A stretch of DNA of 61,349 nt, the filler included, from Sphacelaria rigidula (Eukaryota): the NCBI GenBank assembly GCA_964200075.2. It is 10 parts of 10 records of this genome, joined end to end, with 100 filler letters (N's around TTAATTAATTAA, not from the genome) between each part and the next. Parts side by side here need not be neighbours in the genome. Positions count along the whole stretch, not along the records: positions 30,727 to 36,771 come from CAXNAA020022603.1; positions 36,872 to 42,916 come from CAXNAA020022604.1; positions 43,017 to 49,061 come from CAXNAA020022605.1; 7 more parts are not named here. One strand, given 5' to 3'. Shown piece after piece: positions 33,069 through 45,195 of this stretch (its first letter is position 1; every line of letters starts with the position of its first letter). Both the position numbers and the translations under genes were made by a program. The notes beneath the pieces are model-generated. The model searched no databases, was not told the origin of the DNA, and saw nothing but the letters and a program-made list of their open reading frames with translations.

Positions 33069-36000
33069 ATGGTGGCTAGGTCTACAACACACACGTATAC
33101 GACGGACACACCTGTCCCGAACCGTCCAGTCACAGGCACACTGTCACTGGGTCACTTCGACACTGATTCGGGAGCTCATGCTTATGAGGATGACCCCACG
33201 CAAACAAGTAATGCGTTCTGTCTGTACTATGTTGGTGAACCGATAGTCTCGATTTCTCGTGAACCCCAACTTATCCAAGTGAACCTCATGAGACGCCATG
33301 GATTGCCCGCCTTCACAGGACATTATTTGGTCGGATTGCTCAAACCTGACCAAGCACAGGTTGGTCCGTTTGAACAAACCGAAGTCTTTGTCCACGAAGG
33401 CAGGCAGGCCATTTACCTCACGTCCCCTGCATGTTTCGATATACTCAACGGTCAGTTGTTGGGTTATGCTCAAGCGCCTCTCAAACGAACCGCCCTGTCA
33501 GATGTGTGCCCCCCTGCGGACAACAACTAGCCGACCGACCCCCCGAAATCCACGCCCCCCCCTCCGCTACACATGCCTGATCCCATGGTGGTGACAAATC
33601 CACCAGATGCGCTTGAACCTCAGCCCCCAACTGCATTACTGGATAGATTTTTCCCAGAACAACGCGCCATTTTTCAAAAGTTGTGGGATGACATTCCCCC
33701 TCACTCACGGCATATTGTTTTATCTATCTGGCGATGGTTGGACACCCACTGTTATCGATAGATTGAGATCCATCTTGATTATATATTCTGAACGGTTTTC
33801 TACTACACCCTTGGATTTAGGTCGATGTACCACGATACCGTTCAAGATCAAGATTCCTGATGGCACTCCGCCTATCGCTATGCGTCCGTACCGTACGAAC
33901 CCTCTCTTAGCGGATAAAATCCAGGTAATTTTCGATGGTCACTTATCCGCCGGTTTAATTCGGCACTCGACGTCTCCGTGGGCCTCGCCTTTAGTAGTCC
34001 TCCGTAAGAAAAATGGCAAAATCAGACTGACGGTCAATTATCAACGATTGAACGCTGTCACCAAAATCGCCCGGCTGCCACTTCCACGGATTGATGAAAT
34101 TATAGACTCTTGGCGGGGGTAAGGTATTTTCGAACTTTGACATGCAGTCCGGCTACCACTAGCTCGTGATGGCCAAATTCCATTGAACTGACAGCGTTTT
34201 GCACGCCATCAGGTTTGTACGAATGGCTGGTTACACCACAAGGTGCCGCCGGAGCTCCAGGTGCGTTTCAACGTGTAATGTTCCGTGTAACTGATGGATT
34301 GCCCAAATGCCATATGTACCTTGATGATGCGGTGTGCCACGACTCCACACCGGCTGAACACGTCGAATAGTTGGCATCATTCTTGAACCAGTTTGAACAA
34401 CACAACTTGAAACTCGCCCCGTCCAAATCTCGCATTGGCGCCACGAAGATTGAGTTCTTGGGCCATTGCATCACCCCCAAAGGTCGTAGCCCAAACCTCG
34501 ACAAGATCGCCGCACTCTCCGATATGTCCATGCCACGGGACATTTCTCAACTGCGTTCCTTGTTGGGAGGTCTAAGCTACTACAGACAGTAGTTGCCAAA
34601 TCTTGCCCAGACGCTAAAACCCCTCACCACCCTCCTCAAAAAAGGGGTAAAATTTGATTTCACATTGGAAATGAAAAAAAAAGTCTACCGTCTTCTTGAC
34701 ACCCTTTCGCGCCCGCCGATTCTCGTCTCCCCCGACTGGTCGGCCGCGGAGCAGGGTTCCCCCCTTTTCCGACTCCACACAGATTCTTCCACAATTGGGT
34801 TTGGCTGCACATTAGAACAGGAGCAAGTCGATGCTACTGTTCGTCCTATTGTCTATCTGAGTCGCACTACTTTTCCGAATGAACAAAATTGGTCTGTCAT
34901 GGAACAAGAGGCCGGCGCAGTTGTTTGGGGCGTGGGACATCTGCGTCAGTATTTGTATGACATCCCGTTTGTGATTTATACCGATCATAGGTCTTTGGAA
35001 AGCCTTGTCAAAATGGCGGAACACAACGCTAGAGTCCAACGCTGGTTCGAAATCCTGTCGTCTTCCAACTTTCAACTGAAGTACCGCACAGGTCCCCAGA
35101 ATGCAAACGCCGACTTTCTGTCACGCTTGCCCACAACATCTCAACCTATCGATGGATCCACCATGGGACGTATCACCGATCCCACCGAAGACATTGTATA
35201 TTTCATAAGCAGGAATGGACATAGAGGTCTCTACACACCACTTTCACTGAGAGAAACGCCGGCTTTAGGCATGGGTGGGCTGACGACCACAGCCCACGCA
35301 TCAGTTCTAGGCAGCTTGCAACCTCAATCGTTGTACTCAGTTTGGAATGGACTGTCCACGAATAGTGTTGGCTATGATAATTTTCGTGCAACTGGCCAGC
35401 GCATGGTTTTCGCAGCAGGTGTAGAACCATCCTTTGCTGACTCCGTCTTACCAGTTCAAGTTCGAGATTTGATTTCGAGTAGGACTCGTGGACGGTGAAC
35501 CGCCGAAATGGCCACCAAATTAGCCGTATCTGATCCTGACCTTCCCCTCCCTGCCCCCACCCCGGTCCCCGAAAGTTTCCTTGCGCCTCATCAACCTCCA
35601 CGACGCAAGGCCCCCAGAAAATCAACCCCGACCGTGCCGCCCTGCCAACCATAGCCGAACCACGGCTGCGCCCCCCTCCCTTGGTGATGATATTGCAAAC
35701 ACCAGCACAACACCCTCCACGTTAACCGACGCAGGAGTAGACCTTAACGTTCCATCTGAGGGTACACCAACTGGTAGGCTCACCCTTGATTCCGAAATCA
35801 CCGCTTCTTGCCAATCCCGCCCCGAACCGACCCAACACGAAGTCGACGCTTCAACAGATGGTGAATTGAAGGAACGTTTGACTCTCTTCTCCCACGCCGA
35901 TTGGGCCCGGGAACAACAGGCAGAACCTGCTTGTAAATCAGCTATCCATTATCTATCTAAAGTTTGCCCATGTCCATTCTCAGAAACCGAATCCTTTTTG

Positions 36001-36700
36001 CCAGTCGGGAACCTCAAAGCGCCCACACAAGATGAAGTTACTAAACTTTCAAGGAAAGGTATGCTACATACGGATGATGATGGTATAGTTCTGTTAGTTC
36101 GCCGGCCCACAGCAGCCCTCCCCAAGGGGAAGCCTACAAGTCGACATGCCCGCTTGCTAGGTGATGAACCCATCCGCATCTATGTCCCGATGCTCCTGCG
36201 CCCATGGGTTCTACACGAATGACATTCACAGGCATCGACTCATTTAGGCACCATTAGGACCTCCTAGATGTTGGAACGTTTTTATTGGTAGATTTGTATG
36301 GATCAGTGTAGTCGTTGGTGGGAGAGGCGTTGTCTTTTGTGTCAGGTGCGAAAAACTTCCCGTCAAACAGTTCCTTGGCCGATTGTTTCCATGCCACTCC
36401 CAAAGGGGCCTGGTGAAGCAGTGTCGTGGAACTATTTTGATCCTTTGCCCCTGACGGATAGTGGGAATAAAAATATTTTGTTGTTCACGGATAGATTTAG
36501 TCGGCATGCAGTGATGCACGCTGTCCTCGCCAGTAGCTCTAACGCGGAAGGTACCGCCAACATTCTTGTATACATGTACATCCCACAGTGGGGTGTGCCC
36601 AAACGCTTACTGTCTGACAACGGCTCGCATTTGTCAGGCAAACTTTCAGCCGCCGTCAGTGACCTTTTGGGTGCCCATCGCATTTTTACTAGTTCAGAGT
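33069..36700 (+). mobile_element. Ty3/gypsy pol relic (RT, RNase H, integrase)
   Basis: STSPWASPLVVLRKKNGKIRLTVNYQRLN, LPLPRIDE, YLDD at 34317-34328, FRLHTDSS, YTDHRSL, NANADFLSR, CLLCQ, FTDRFSR, LLSDNG; several stops and frameshifts. Confidence 0.95.
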
Positions 36701-36895
36701 CATCCTACGATAGGGGGGGGGTATTTGGTTGCCCGAAAAACGAGGCTCATAAGTGTGTCAGACATCCTTCCNNNNNNNNNNNNNNNNNNNNNNNNNNNNN
36801 NNNNNNNNNNNNNNNTTAATTAATTAANNNNNNNNNNNNNNNNNNNNNNNNNNNNNNNNNNNNNNNNNNNNGAGAGAGGAGGAGGCGGAGGGGGT

Positions 36896-36938
<43 letters not shown>

Positions 36939-37613
36939 AGACATGTGGTGATCTTACTCCTGTGTGACCGCGGCTGATGACTGGCATCCAGAATAGATGG
37001 GATGTCAACACAACACACAGACCAGCATACGCGCTAGAGAATGAAATCAACGGACACGCTTATTCTAAGAGCACTGCACGAATAAAACGTCTGAGACATC
37101 GTGATGCTGTACGTACAGAAGCACACAGCTGATCTGGCCTGCTTCGTGAGAGCTGTGCGATGCAACACTCGTCACTCTCGCACTCTTGAAGCACCTGTGC
37201 ACGTAACTATTGCTGTTGACCCAATCCGTGGTGTGATGGAAATTACATTACTCGAGGACGACAACGACAACCCGCGACCCATATCTGGGGTGCAATACCA
37301 GATGCAAAACGCTGTTCAACTTGTCCATCAAGATCAGCTCAAACGGAAGGAGAAAAAACAAGAGTGAAAGAATTACTGAACTGCGCCCAGCACATGTGAC
37401 ATTCAGAGCACACCTCCCGTGACGTGCGGAACAACGTTTTGTTTGACGTTTATCGAATTCGGTGCCGACTTGAAAAACGAAAACTCAGCTTTCAACGCCA
37501 CCCGTACCCCCAACGGCGCAGCGCGCTCTTCGATACATAAATAGTGTTATTACAGGAGACAGTATATTACATCGCATAGTTGAACGCCTCGCGGATGAGC
37601 TTAAGAAACGTAC

Positions 37614-38192
37614 CCGCTTCCAGTTGCTGTTGCCGTGAGCCTCGACCGAGCGCTTTAGCCGCGCGTCCTCGATGGCCGACCACCTGGTTTTCACCGGCTT
37701 GCGCCTGAAAAACGAGCTGGGAATGCCTCCAAACGTTGATCCGGCAGCGCTTCCCGGATTCGACACAAACGAATCACCCCCACCACTAGCAACAGCACCG
37801 CCCGCTCCTCCCATTTGCGACCCTCCGCCGGCGCCGTCCTCATCATCTGAATCCGCATCCTCATCGCACTCGAGAACCATCTCGGCGCCTTTCCCATCTT
37901 TCTCAGCAGCAGCAGCGGCAGCAGCGCGGGCGACGGCGACGGCCCCAGCGTTTCGGTTGAATCCGTTAGCGGTTGATGAAACGCCAGCGGGATTGTTGGC
38001 GACCATCACGTCGGGATTTGCTATCGTTGGTGTCGATGTCGGGGCCGCGCCTATACCGGCCGAACCTGTTGCCGTCGACACTGTGGACGCGCTCGAAGCA
38101 GCTGGTACACAGATGCTGGCGCCAGCGGTCACTGCTGACGGTGGTCCTGCGTTCATGATGCCCGAAGTCTCCCTTCCGTCATCGACGCGCAT
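37614..38192 (-). CDS. MYB-family transcription factor, first coding exon (partial gene)
   Basis: Ala/Gly-rich N-terminus, then KTRWSAIEDARLKRSVEAHGNSNWKR (MYB repeat helices 1-2), donor CGG|GTACGT at 37614/37613; acceptor TTTTCCAG ending at 38203 and ATG at 38192. Confidence 0.85.
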
Positions 38193-39861
38193 GGCGATGC
38201 GTCTGGAAAACACGGTGCAGCACAGTGGTACAACCAGTCGTGGTGTAACTATACTTGAATAAGGTGATGGCCGAGGCCCTCGTGTCTACGACGTGTGTTT
38301 TAAGTCCAAGAGAGAGGACACTAGCTGGGAAACAAAATCAAGGAGAACAGGCGGTTGCTGTATTTCTCCCTTTCTTTAGATAAATAATTGCGCAGGTGTT
38401 GTCTGTAGTGTTTTTTTGTCTGCCTGGTCGTTTGCTTGGGGTTTGTCCGCCTCCCAGTTTTACTGGATTGTAAATTTGTACAATGGGTTCAAGTAATCTC
38501 GAACCAAAATGCATGGTAGCAGGGGCGCACGCCCGTAGGTGGGGTAGGAGGGAGTGTGGGGAAAGGCTGAATGTCGGTCAACAAACCGCTGAGACTACAA
38601 TCAGTTGGAAGAAGCACACTCTTTCATATTCACGATTACTGTGCAACAGAGATGGGAGCAATGTGTGCATGGGGCTCAACAGGCAAACGCCGTCACCTGA
38701 AAGACACCGCACCGACTAGGCGGAATGAGCGACGGGAAGAGGCCAAAAATAAAATCACAACGACAACTTTTATGAAAAAAAACAGCACGGCCATGATACG
38801 ACGCTGGACTCTCGTTCTTCCCTACACCACTACACAGAATCGGTCCAGAAAATTGCCGAAAGTGGAATCCAAAAAGCGGACAGGCATCGCACACCCTACC
38901 CCAGAATACCTCATCCAAATAGTACCTCCACTAATGCACACTAATCCCCCTGTTTCTTCCCGTGACTTCAACGTACCCCCTACCTGTGAGACGGTCACGC
39001 GCGTCTGATAAAAATACAACAAAACCGCCAAAAAGCCCCAAATCGTATGCAGGCTCTTTCATCACTAAAAAATCCCCAACGCCCCATAACTTTGTTTTGG
39101 TTGGTGTCATGAAACGTCAAGATTACTTACACACTCCGATCATAAATATAAGCTATATATTCATGTGAATTTTTAAAACCACTCGTCTTCATATTTGCGA
39201 TCATGGAGATAGAGGTAAACGGCCACATTTCTGGTCCTTGTCTCTTACGAGATGAATGACTCGCGAGAAAATCACAGATACCCCCCTTACGAAAAACAAA
39301 ACTAGGAGCAGGGCGACATTCCGCGCGCGCTAGGAGCAAAGGACGAGCCGGTTTTCCATAGAGGTCTACCACCTTGCTTTGGCATAGCTACCACCGCCAT
39401 GCCCACTCTGAACTACCCTCCGCTCCCGTTTCTCACCTGAGATTTTTATATGTAGGCTTTGTTAGACCCACCCACCAACCCACGTTGTTGATTGAGGTCA
39501 ACCGCCAAAATTTTCAGATGTGCGTTCGTTCGGGTGATGAGTGCTGAGACCCCGGGGTAGCCACCGCGTTCAATAAACTGCGGGTGCTCCACGGGCTCAC
39601 TTGTGAAAATGATCAGCGGTTTTCACCTCTCGTCCGATCTGTCCCCTCGTGTTCTGCGGCGCTCTCTCCTCTCGACTTTGCTTCCCCCTGTACCCTGCAA
39701 TGGCTTGATCTCCTTGCCTGCCCGCAAGAGGTTCCGTGCGCTGAAAAATGCCCGTTTGAGTCACGTGGAGTGGTAGGCATGTTCATTTTCAGACATGGGT
39801 AGGTGCGTACAAAAAGGGTATACCTACATTTTAAAAATACCATGCGGAGTCATGATCCCAG

Positions 39862-40740
39862 GTGCCGGCCTATTGTGCGTGTGCCTCAAACAGCAAGTCC
39901 AACATGCGAGCTTTCTCCCCGGCATGGGTGACTTTGGGGCCTCTGCAATGTGGCTGTTGGATTTCGTCACCCTCGATACCTTTGCGTTATCTTCCATCTA
40001 GAAGCTTCAGCGGTACTGCGCGTCGCAGTGGCAGTAGCAGCGGCGGTTGGGTTGACATGTTCCTCGAAAATCAACGCGGACTAAGGCGATGTCATGAGCG
40101 CGTCCTAGGATATCAACATGATGGTCACGATCGGCGACGCAAGGCGTATCAAGTACTCTTCGCAGCTTTGCCGGGTAACAAAGACAACAACATCGGTAGC
40201 GGCAGCGAAAATGACGATGATGACGACGACGACGACGGTACTCCTGATCAAAAACAGGGTGAAACTGATGATTCTAGCAGCGAATCTCCGTCAGCATCTG
40301 CTGCGGATGAGGCAACTTCAAATCTCAGTCCCTCTGATACAGCAGTAATGTATCCAAGTGCCGAAGCAGGAGCCCCGTCAGTTAGCCAAGAGAATGGTGC
40401 AATAACACAAGACGGGGAGGAACAAGGTTCGGGCATAGACTGGGACAAAGCCTGGGTGAGCGCGAGGAAGAACATGGAACAGAAGGCGAAAGAAGAACAA
40501 CAGGCCAGTAGCGCAGCACCGGCTTTTTCGGGACGCAAGCAAATCATCACCACGAAGTTAGAAGATGGTAGTTACGACTACACCGAAGTCTCCGCCGACG
40601 GCTCGAGGAGAACGACTGATGCAAGCGGCAGGGATAAAATAAGCCGGGGATTCGGTTTTGCTGGTGAAGGGAGGCGTGACATGACGAATAGCATTCGTGA
40701 TAAGGAACAGGATGCTGTTAATATGGCCACTACTGATCGG
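39862..40740 (+). CDS. Large exon of an uncharacterised protein (acidic linker, DWDKAW motif), possibly plastid-targeted; partial gene
   Basis: 293 open codons, CAG acceptor at 39859-39861 or ATG at 39904 (MRAFSPA, reminiscent of ASAFAP), Ser/Arg-rich N-terminus, donor CGG|GTACGT at 40740/40741. Confidence 0.6.
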
Positions 40741-41219
40741 GTACGTGGATGGACAAATGGGAGCGGCAGTGTTGCTGCTGACTTGGTGTCACGTTTGTTA
40801 CCACCCCTCAAAAGTAGAACGCGATAAGGTCAACCAACTCGATGAAGCACGCAGATCTCTTCTGAAGTCATCTTTTCAATACACTCTGGTTTCATCCTGT
40901 ACACCATAGCGCACAAAGTGGTAATGCACTCGTTGAAAAAAACTGGCAGTCGTTTTTCATTACAGAGTGTCGTGCAAGCGCGGTCGCACAGACGTTTCTC
41001 ACAAGATGAGTTCTCAGTTCTCCTATATGAGCGTAGCTGTGATAAACGGGTGCTGTTCTATATGACGTGAAGAGAGAGAAAATCTCGATAGCAGCTACTT
41101 GATATGGCCGCAAATTGTATCGCGAGAAAAATCGCGTGATTTTATGGAACATTTCAAAATTTGTTGTTTCTCTCTCCTTGAAGGGACGAGGACACCTAAA
41201 ACCTGACCCAACTCTTACC

Positions 41220-41405
41220 CTGCGAACGGGTTCGTGTGCCGATCGCCCGGAGGCTCGGCTAGACCGCCTTGCGGTAGTCACGTGGGGTAGGTGCCTCGAG
41301 TGTTCAGAAGCGTTGCTCAAGGCGAGTGTGGAGGTCCAACCCACTAAAACCCCCGGTCAACTTGGCGCAGTGTGCGCGCCGTCCTACTCTTGTAGAAGTT
41401 CGGTC
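41220..41405 (+). repeat. Interspersed repeat family B
   Basis: Matches the reverse complement of 7815-8068. Confidence 0.8.
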
Positions 41406-41454
41406 CTAGAGATCTTCAGATATACGAAGTATGAAGTAAAGGCGCAGGCCGGTC

Positions 41455-41705
41455 GCCCCGGTGGCTCAGTTGGTGACCTCGAAACCTTCGGATGGTTGGG
41501 TCGTGAATTCGATCTCGGTGAAGTCACACGACGTGAAGATTTATCGTCACATCATTCCCAACAGCAGAGAGCGACCATGTTGCGGATACTCACAACTTGA
41601 TTTCGCTGTCGACGAGGGAAGGGGACCGCTGAGCCCTTCTCGCGATGAATAGAACGGTTAGCACCGCAGGAGGACGGTGGAGTACTAAAGCAAATGAAAA
41701 AAATA
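41455..41705 (+). mobile_element. tRNA-derived SINE
   Basis: A box TGGCTCAGTTGG (41462-41473), B-box-like GAATTCGATCTC (41505-41516), ~180-nt body, A-rich end; no complete cloverleaf. Confidence 0.65.
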
Positions 41706-42694
41706 TATTAAAGAATATTTTGTGTTGTCCTTACTCCCGTGTGACACCGGCTGGTACGTCCACATATACCGAAAGGTGTAGACTGGCGTGCAGAGTAAAT
41801 GAGATGACGATACACGCGCAGGCAATACAGAGTTACGACGGCCATTTTTTTTCCCTCTGCAATTTGAAACGCGTCCGCATATTCATAGATGAAAAATATC
41901 GCGGGTTTTCGAGCAGGACGCTGCACACTCGACCCCCGTCTCGTCAAAGGCAAAACTGCAACGCGTAGCGAGTGTGCACGATAGTGAAAATTATCGCGAT
42001 GTATTCCATAGGTGACGGGCGAGGGAACATCGACCCTCTGGAGCAAAATGGGGGAACTTGGAGTGAGGAAGGGCGGAGCTCGTCGTTTCTTCGGTGTTTA
42101 TACATATATACATACATATACGCCCCCCTGCGCCCCCCTCCCCTGCCCGCGCGGACCAGCCGCATGGTGTTGCGGAAGACTGCTGCTCTCTTACTCAATT
42201 TCTTCTTACGTAACCAAGGCGATTTCCGTAATCTTGGAATTGTTGTTGTTATCCTACTTCGTATTACGAAAGATTTGGCGGGTGTACATAACCCTCGTCA
42301 GCTAAGCACCGTGGTCGACAACGTGCATGAAAGTCGGCTCAAAATCAAATTTGACCCCCACCTCTAGTACAAACTGTGCGTCGGCATTGACTCTCTGGTT
42401 ACCCGTTGTCCCAGTATCAAGACATAGTTGACTGACGCTATGATGCTCCCCCTCCCCCCCCCCCCCCCGCCCGAAAAGTGTCTGGTTTGAGGACGCAAAA
42501 TCTACTTGATGTAAATCAAAACGACAACGCCGAACACACCGAGCAGCTGGCAACTTCCACGCTCGAGATCGTTTTCGCCAATGTCGCCCATACGATGAGA
42601 CGCTTCATGCAGTCTGAAAATGAAGCCAGCTATCATGTGCTGTATGACCATTTTCTTTGTGACAGTTTTGGGGCTGGTTTGGGAAGAGGGGGAG

Positions 42695-42916
42695 GGGTGT
42701 ACTCATGATAATGCATGCCATAGTCATAAAGACCGTTGACTTCGCATCCCTACAAAGCCGGGACGGAGCACGCCGGGTGTTCGCCGGACCAAGCTCGCAC
42801 TCGAACCACCAAGCGCGAGGCGCCGTGGTGTGTTCGGCGACATCGCGTGAAGGGTGAGCTGCATCCTGTTGAAATTGTTCGGCCCGAAACCCATTGATTA
42901 TCTTGCATTCGGATGA
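42695..42916 (-). mobile_element. SINE-like family A copy, cut by contig end
   Basis: Matches 8545-8760. Confidence 0.82.
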
Positions 42917-43224
42917 NNNNNNNNNNNNNNNNNNNNNNNNNNNNNNNNNNNNNNNNNNNNTTAATTAATTAANNNNNNNNNNNNNNNNNNNNNNNNNNNN
43001 NNNNNNNNNNNNNNNNCTTGCTCCATTTTTCTACTCCTGCTTCCACCGTCATATTACGGGTTTCAGCAGTTAGTGAGTTTGTTGTGTTGAGCTTCGTGTG
43101 TTGATTTCCAGGGTGATTGAGCATATTTGGCGTCGAGCATATCTGTGTATTGGTTTTCTGGTGTTGAGCCTTCAGTGATCTAATAATATAAAATACAGAA
43201 CAATTGTGTGGATTTTTCTCCCAG

Positions 43225-43597
43225 TTTGTTTTTATATACGGACCTGCTGTGCTGGCCGTGACCAGCTGCACGGCAGACTTTGTATCGTGGCACCCCAGCC
43301 ACGAGGTACGAAAGTGCCCCTCTTCGACTTACAACTGTTCGCGCTCACCGTATCGGTCTAATATTGCCACACATATCCATTCGGAGTTATTCGTATCCCC
43401 CACTCATTTCCAGAGTGTGTGCACTGAGGTCCCTAGCAATCAACTAGGGGATTGGACTCTCCCCCATCACCCTCTTTTTTTCCGGAGGTAGGGCTTTCCT
43501 CTTTTTCTTCTGAGAAAGTGCGTCCGACGGGAATCGAATTAGCGACTAACTTTTGTGACGGTATATAGGCAACCGATTAGACTACCGTACAGTCAGC
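43225..43597 (-). mobile_element. tRNA(Asp)-like SINE
   Basis: Minus strand: TAGTCTAATCGG (A box), CCGTCAC (GTC anticodon-loop-like), AATTCGATTCCCGTCGG (B box/T arm), then a body; 3' boundary approximate. Confidence 0.62.
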
Positions 43598-43639
43598 GCT
43601 GACTGTACGGTATTCTAATCGGTTGCCTATATATCGTCA
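43556..43639. repeat. 84-bp loop-less palindrome (42-bp arms, 2 mismatches)
   Basis: Centre GTCAGC|GCTGAC at 43597/43598. Confidence 0.93.
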
Positions 43640-43644
43640 TAGAT

Positions 43645-43800
43645 CTACATTTGTATGGCGTGTAGTAGTTGCCAATAGCTACCAGTAGGTGAAGGAATGA
43701 GACTATATTTCGAAGATATAATGTGGATACCAAGATTTTAATCCTCCGGGTTCTCATCCTCGATAAACAAATGTATTCCCAATGTGTAAAATCCCGAGTT
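43645..43800 (+). repeat. Single arm of the 6544-6970 foldback family
   Basis: ATTTGTATGGCGTGTAGTAG...GTAAAATCCCGAGTT matches ~6823-6970. Confidence 0.85.
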
Positions 43801-44004
43801 GTGGGGAAAGATTGCGGCTCATTTTTCGGCCACACCTTACGGGGGTGAGCCCTCACCCATTAACCCTACAGAGGCGAGGTACTAAACTACGACTTGCATT
43901 CACCGGGGGGAAAGGAATGCATGGAGAGGCGGAGGGACGGAGGGACGGAGGGACGGACAAAAGGACGGAGGGATGAGGAGACGAAGGGACGGAACGACGG
44001 AGGG

Positions 44005-44009
44005 GACAG

Positions 44010-44058
<49 letters not shown>

Positions 44059-44130
44059 GGCAGACAGGCAGACAGACAGACGAACAGACAGACGGACAGA
44101 CGGACAGAGAGAGACAGAGAGAGACAGAGG
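44005..44130. repeat. (GACA)n-type degenerate microsatellite
   Basis: Read directly; preceded by a GGAC/GGAG-rich tract. Confidence 0.9.
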
Positions 44131-44690
44131 GAGGAACAAGAATAAAGAAAAAAACTACACTTGAAGGGCAAAGACGAGGTATAGTTGAGCAGGTACCAAC
44201 ACATAACCCAGGGAACACCGCAAGGGCATCCAGCAAAGGACAAAATCAAGGAAGAAGAACGTCGTGGCAAGCGCTCACCACCGGTCCACTCCATCACAAT
44301 ATGTCCGGACCGGATCCTTGTACATGTGTATGCATACTGGTGCATGCACAATGTGGTCAATATTAAATGCGGATAGATACATGGTTGACTACAGGATTAG
44401 GCCAATCAGGAACAGCGGGTTGTGTCATGATGTTTGCACCGCATATGAAAGTAATACATCCCACCAGTTCACCGTAGTTTTGGGCTACATTCGGGGTTCA
44501 TGTTTGCATAAGCAGCTCTGGAGGAGAGTGCATTCGGTGGTTTTAGCATGATTGGTGAGTGAAGAGTACAAGAGAGATCAATACAAAAAGACAATACATT
44601 TCCCCTCTGTCAAGCGTACCTCGTGCTCGAGTCGATCTAATACGCTAGCGTCTAAGAGAGCTTCGGAGACATGTTTGAAAAGAGTATTGA

Positions 44691-45195
44691 AGGCAATAAG
44701 AAGCAGAGGGACGTTCGAGCAAGGTCGTCACGTTGAGAGTTGATTCTACAGGCGAAAAGAAGCAGAGAGACGATTTGAGCAAGGACCTCACCATTGAGCA
44801 TTGCTGATTCCAGGCAATAACAAGCAGATATACGATTGAGCAAGACGTCACGATTGAGTGTTGACTACAGGTGATGAGAAGCAGAGAGACGATTCGAGCA
44901 AGGACCTCACGATCGAGCACTGATTACAGCCAATAGTAAGCACCCAGATGATTGAGCATAGACCCCACGATTGAGAGTCGATCACAGGCGATAGGAAGCA
45001 GAAAAACGGTTTGAGCAAGGACCTCACAATCGAGTACTAGTCACGGGCAATAACAAGCCGAGAGACGAATGAGCAAGGACCTCACGATTAAGCATTGATT
45101 ACAGACTTTAGCAAGCAGAGATACGATTGAAGAAAGACCTCGCGACTGGGAATTGATCACAGGCAATAGCAAGCAGAGGGGCGATTGAGCAATGG
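44691..45195. repeat. Diverged minisatellite, ~9 units of ~57-62 bp
   Basis: Recurring AGGC.AT..CAAGCAGAGA.ACGATTGAGCAAGGACCTCACGATTGAG...TGATTAC. Confidence 0.88.

Noticed and set aside
41455..41530. Functional tRNA gene (also 43520-43590)
   Set aside because: A and B boxes are present but there is no intact acceptor stem or cloverleaf; better explained as SINE heads.
44691..45195. CRISPR-like array
   Set aside because: Whole units are homologous, there are no unique spacers or cas genes, and the context is eukaryotic.
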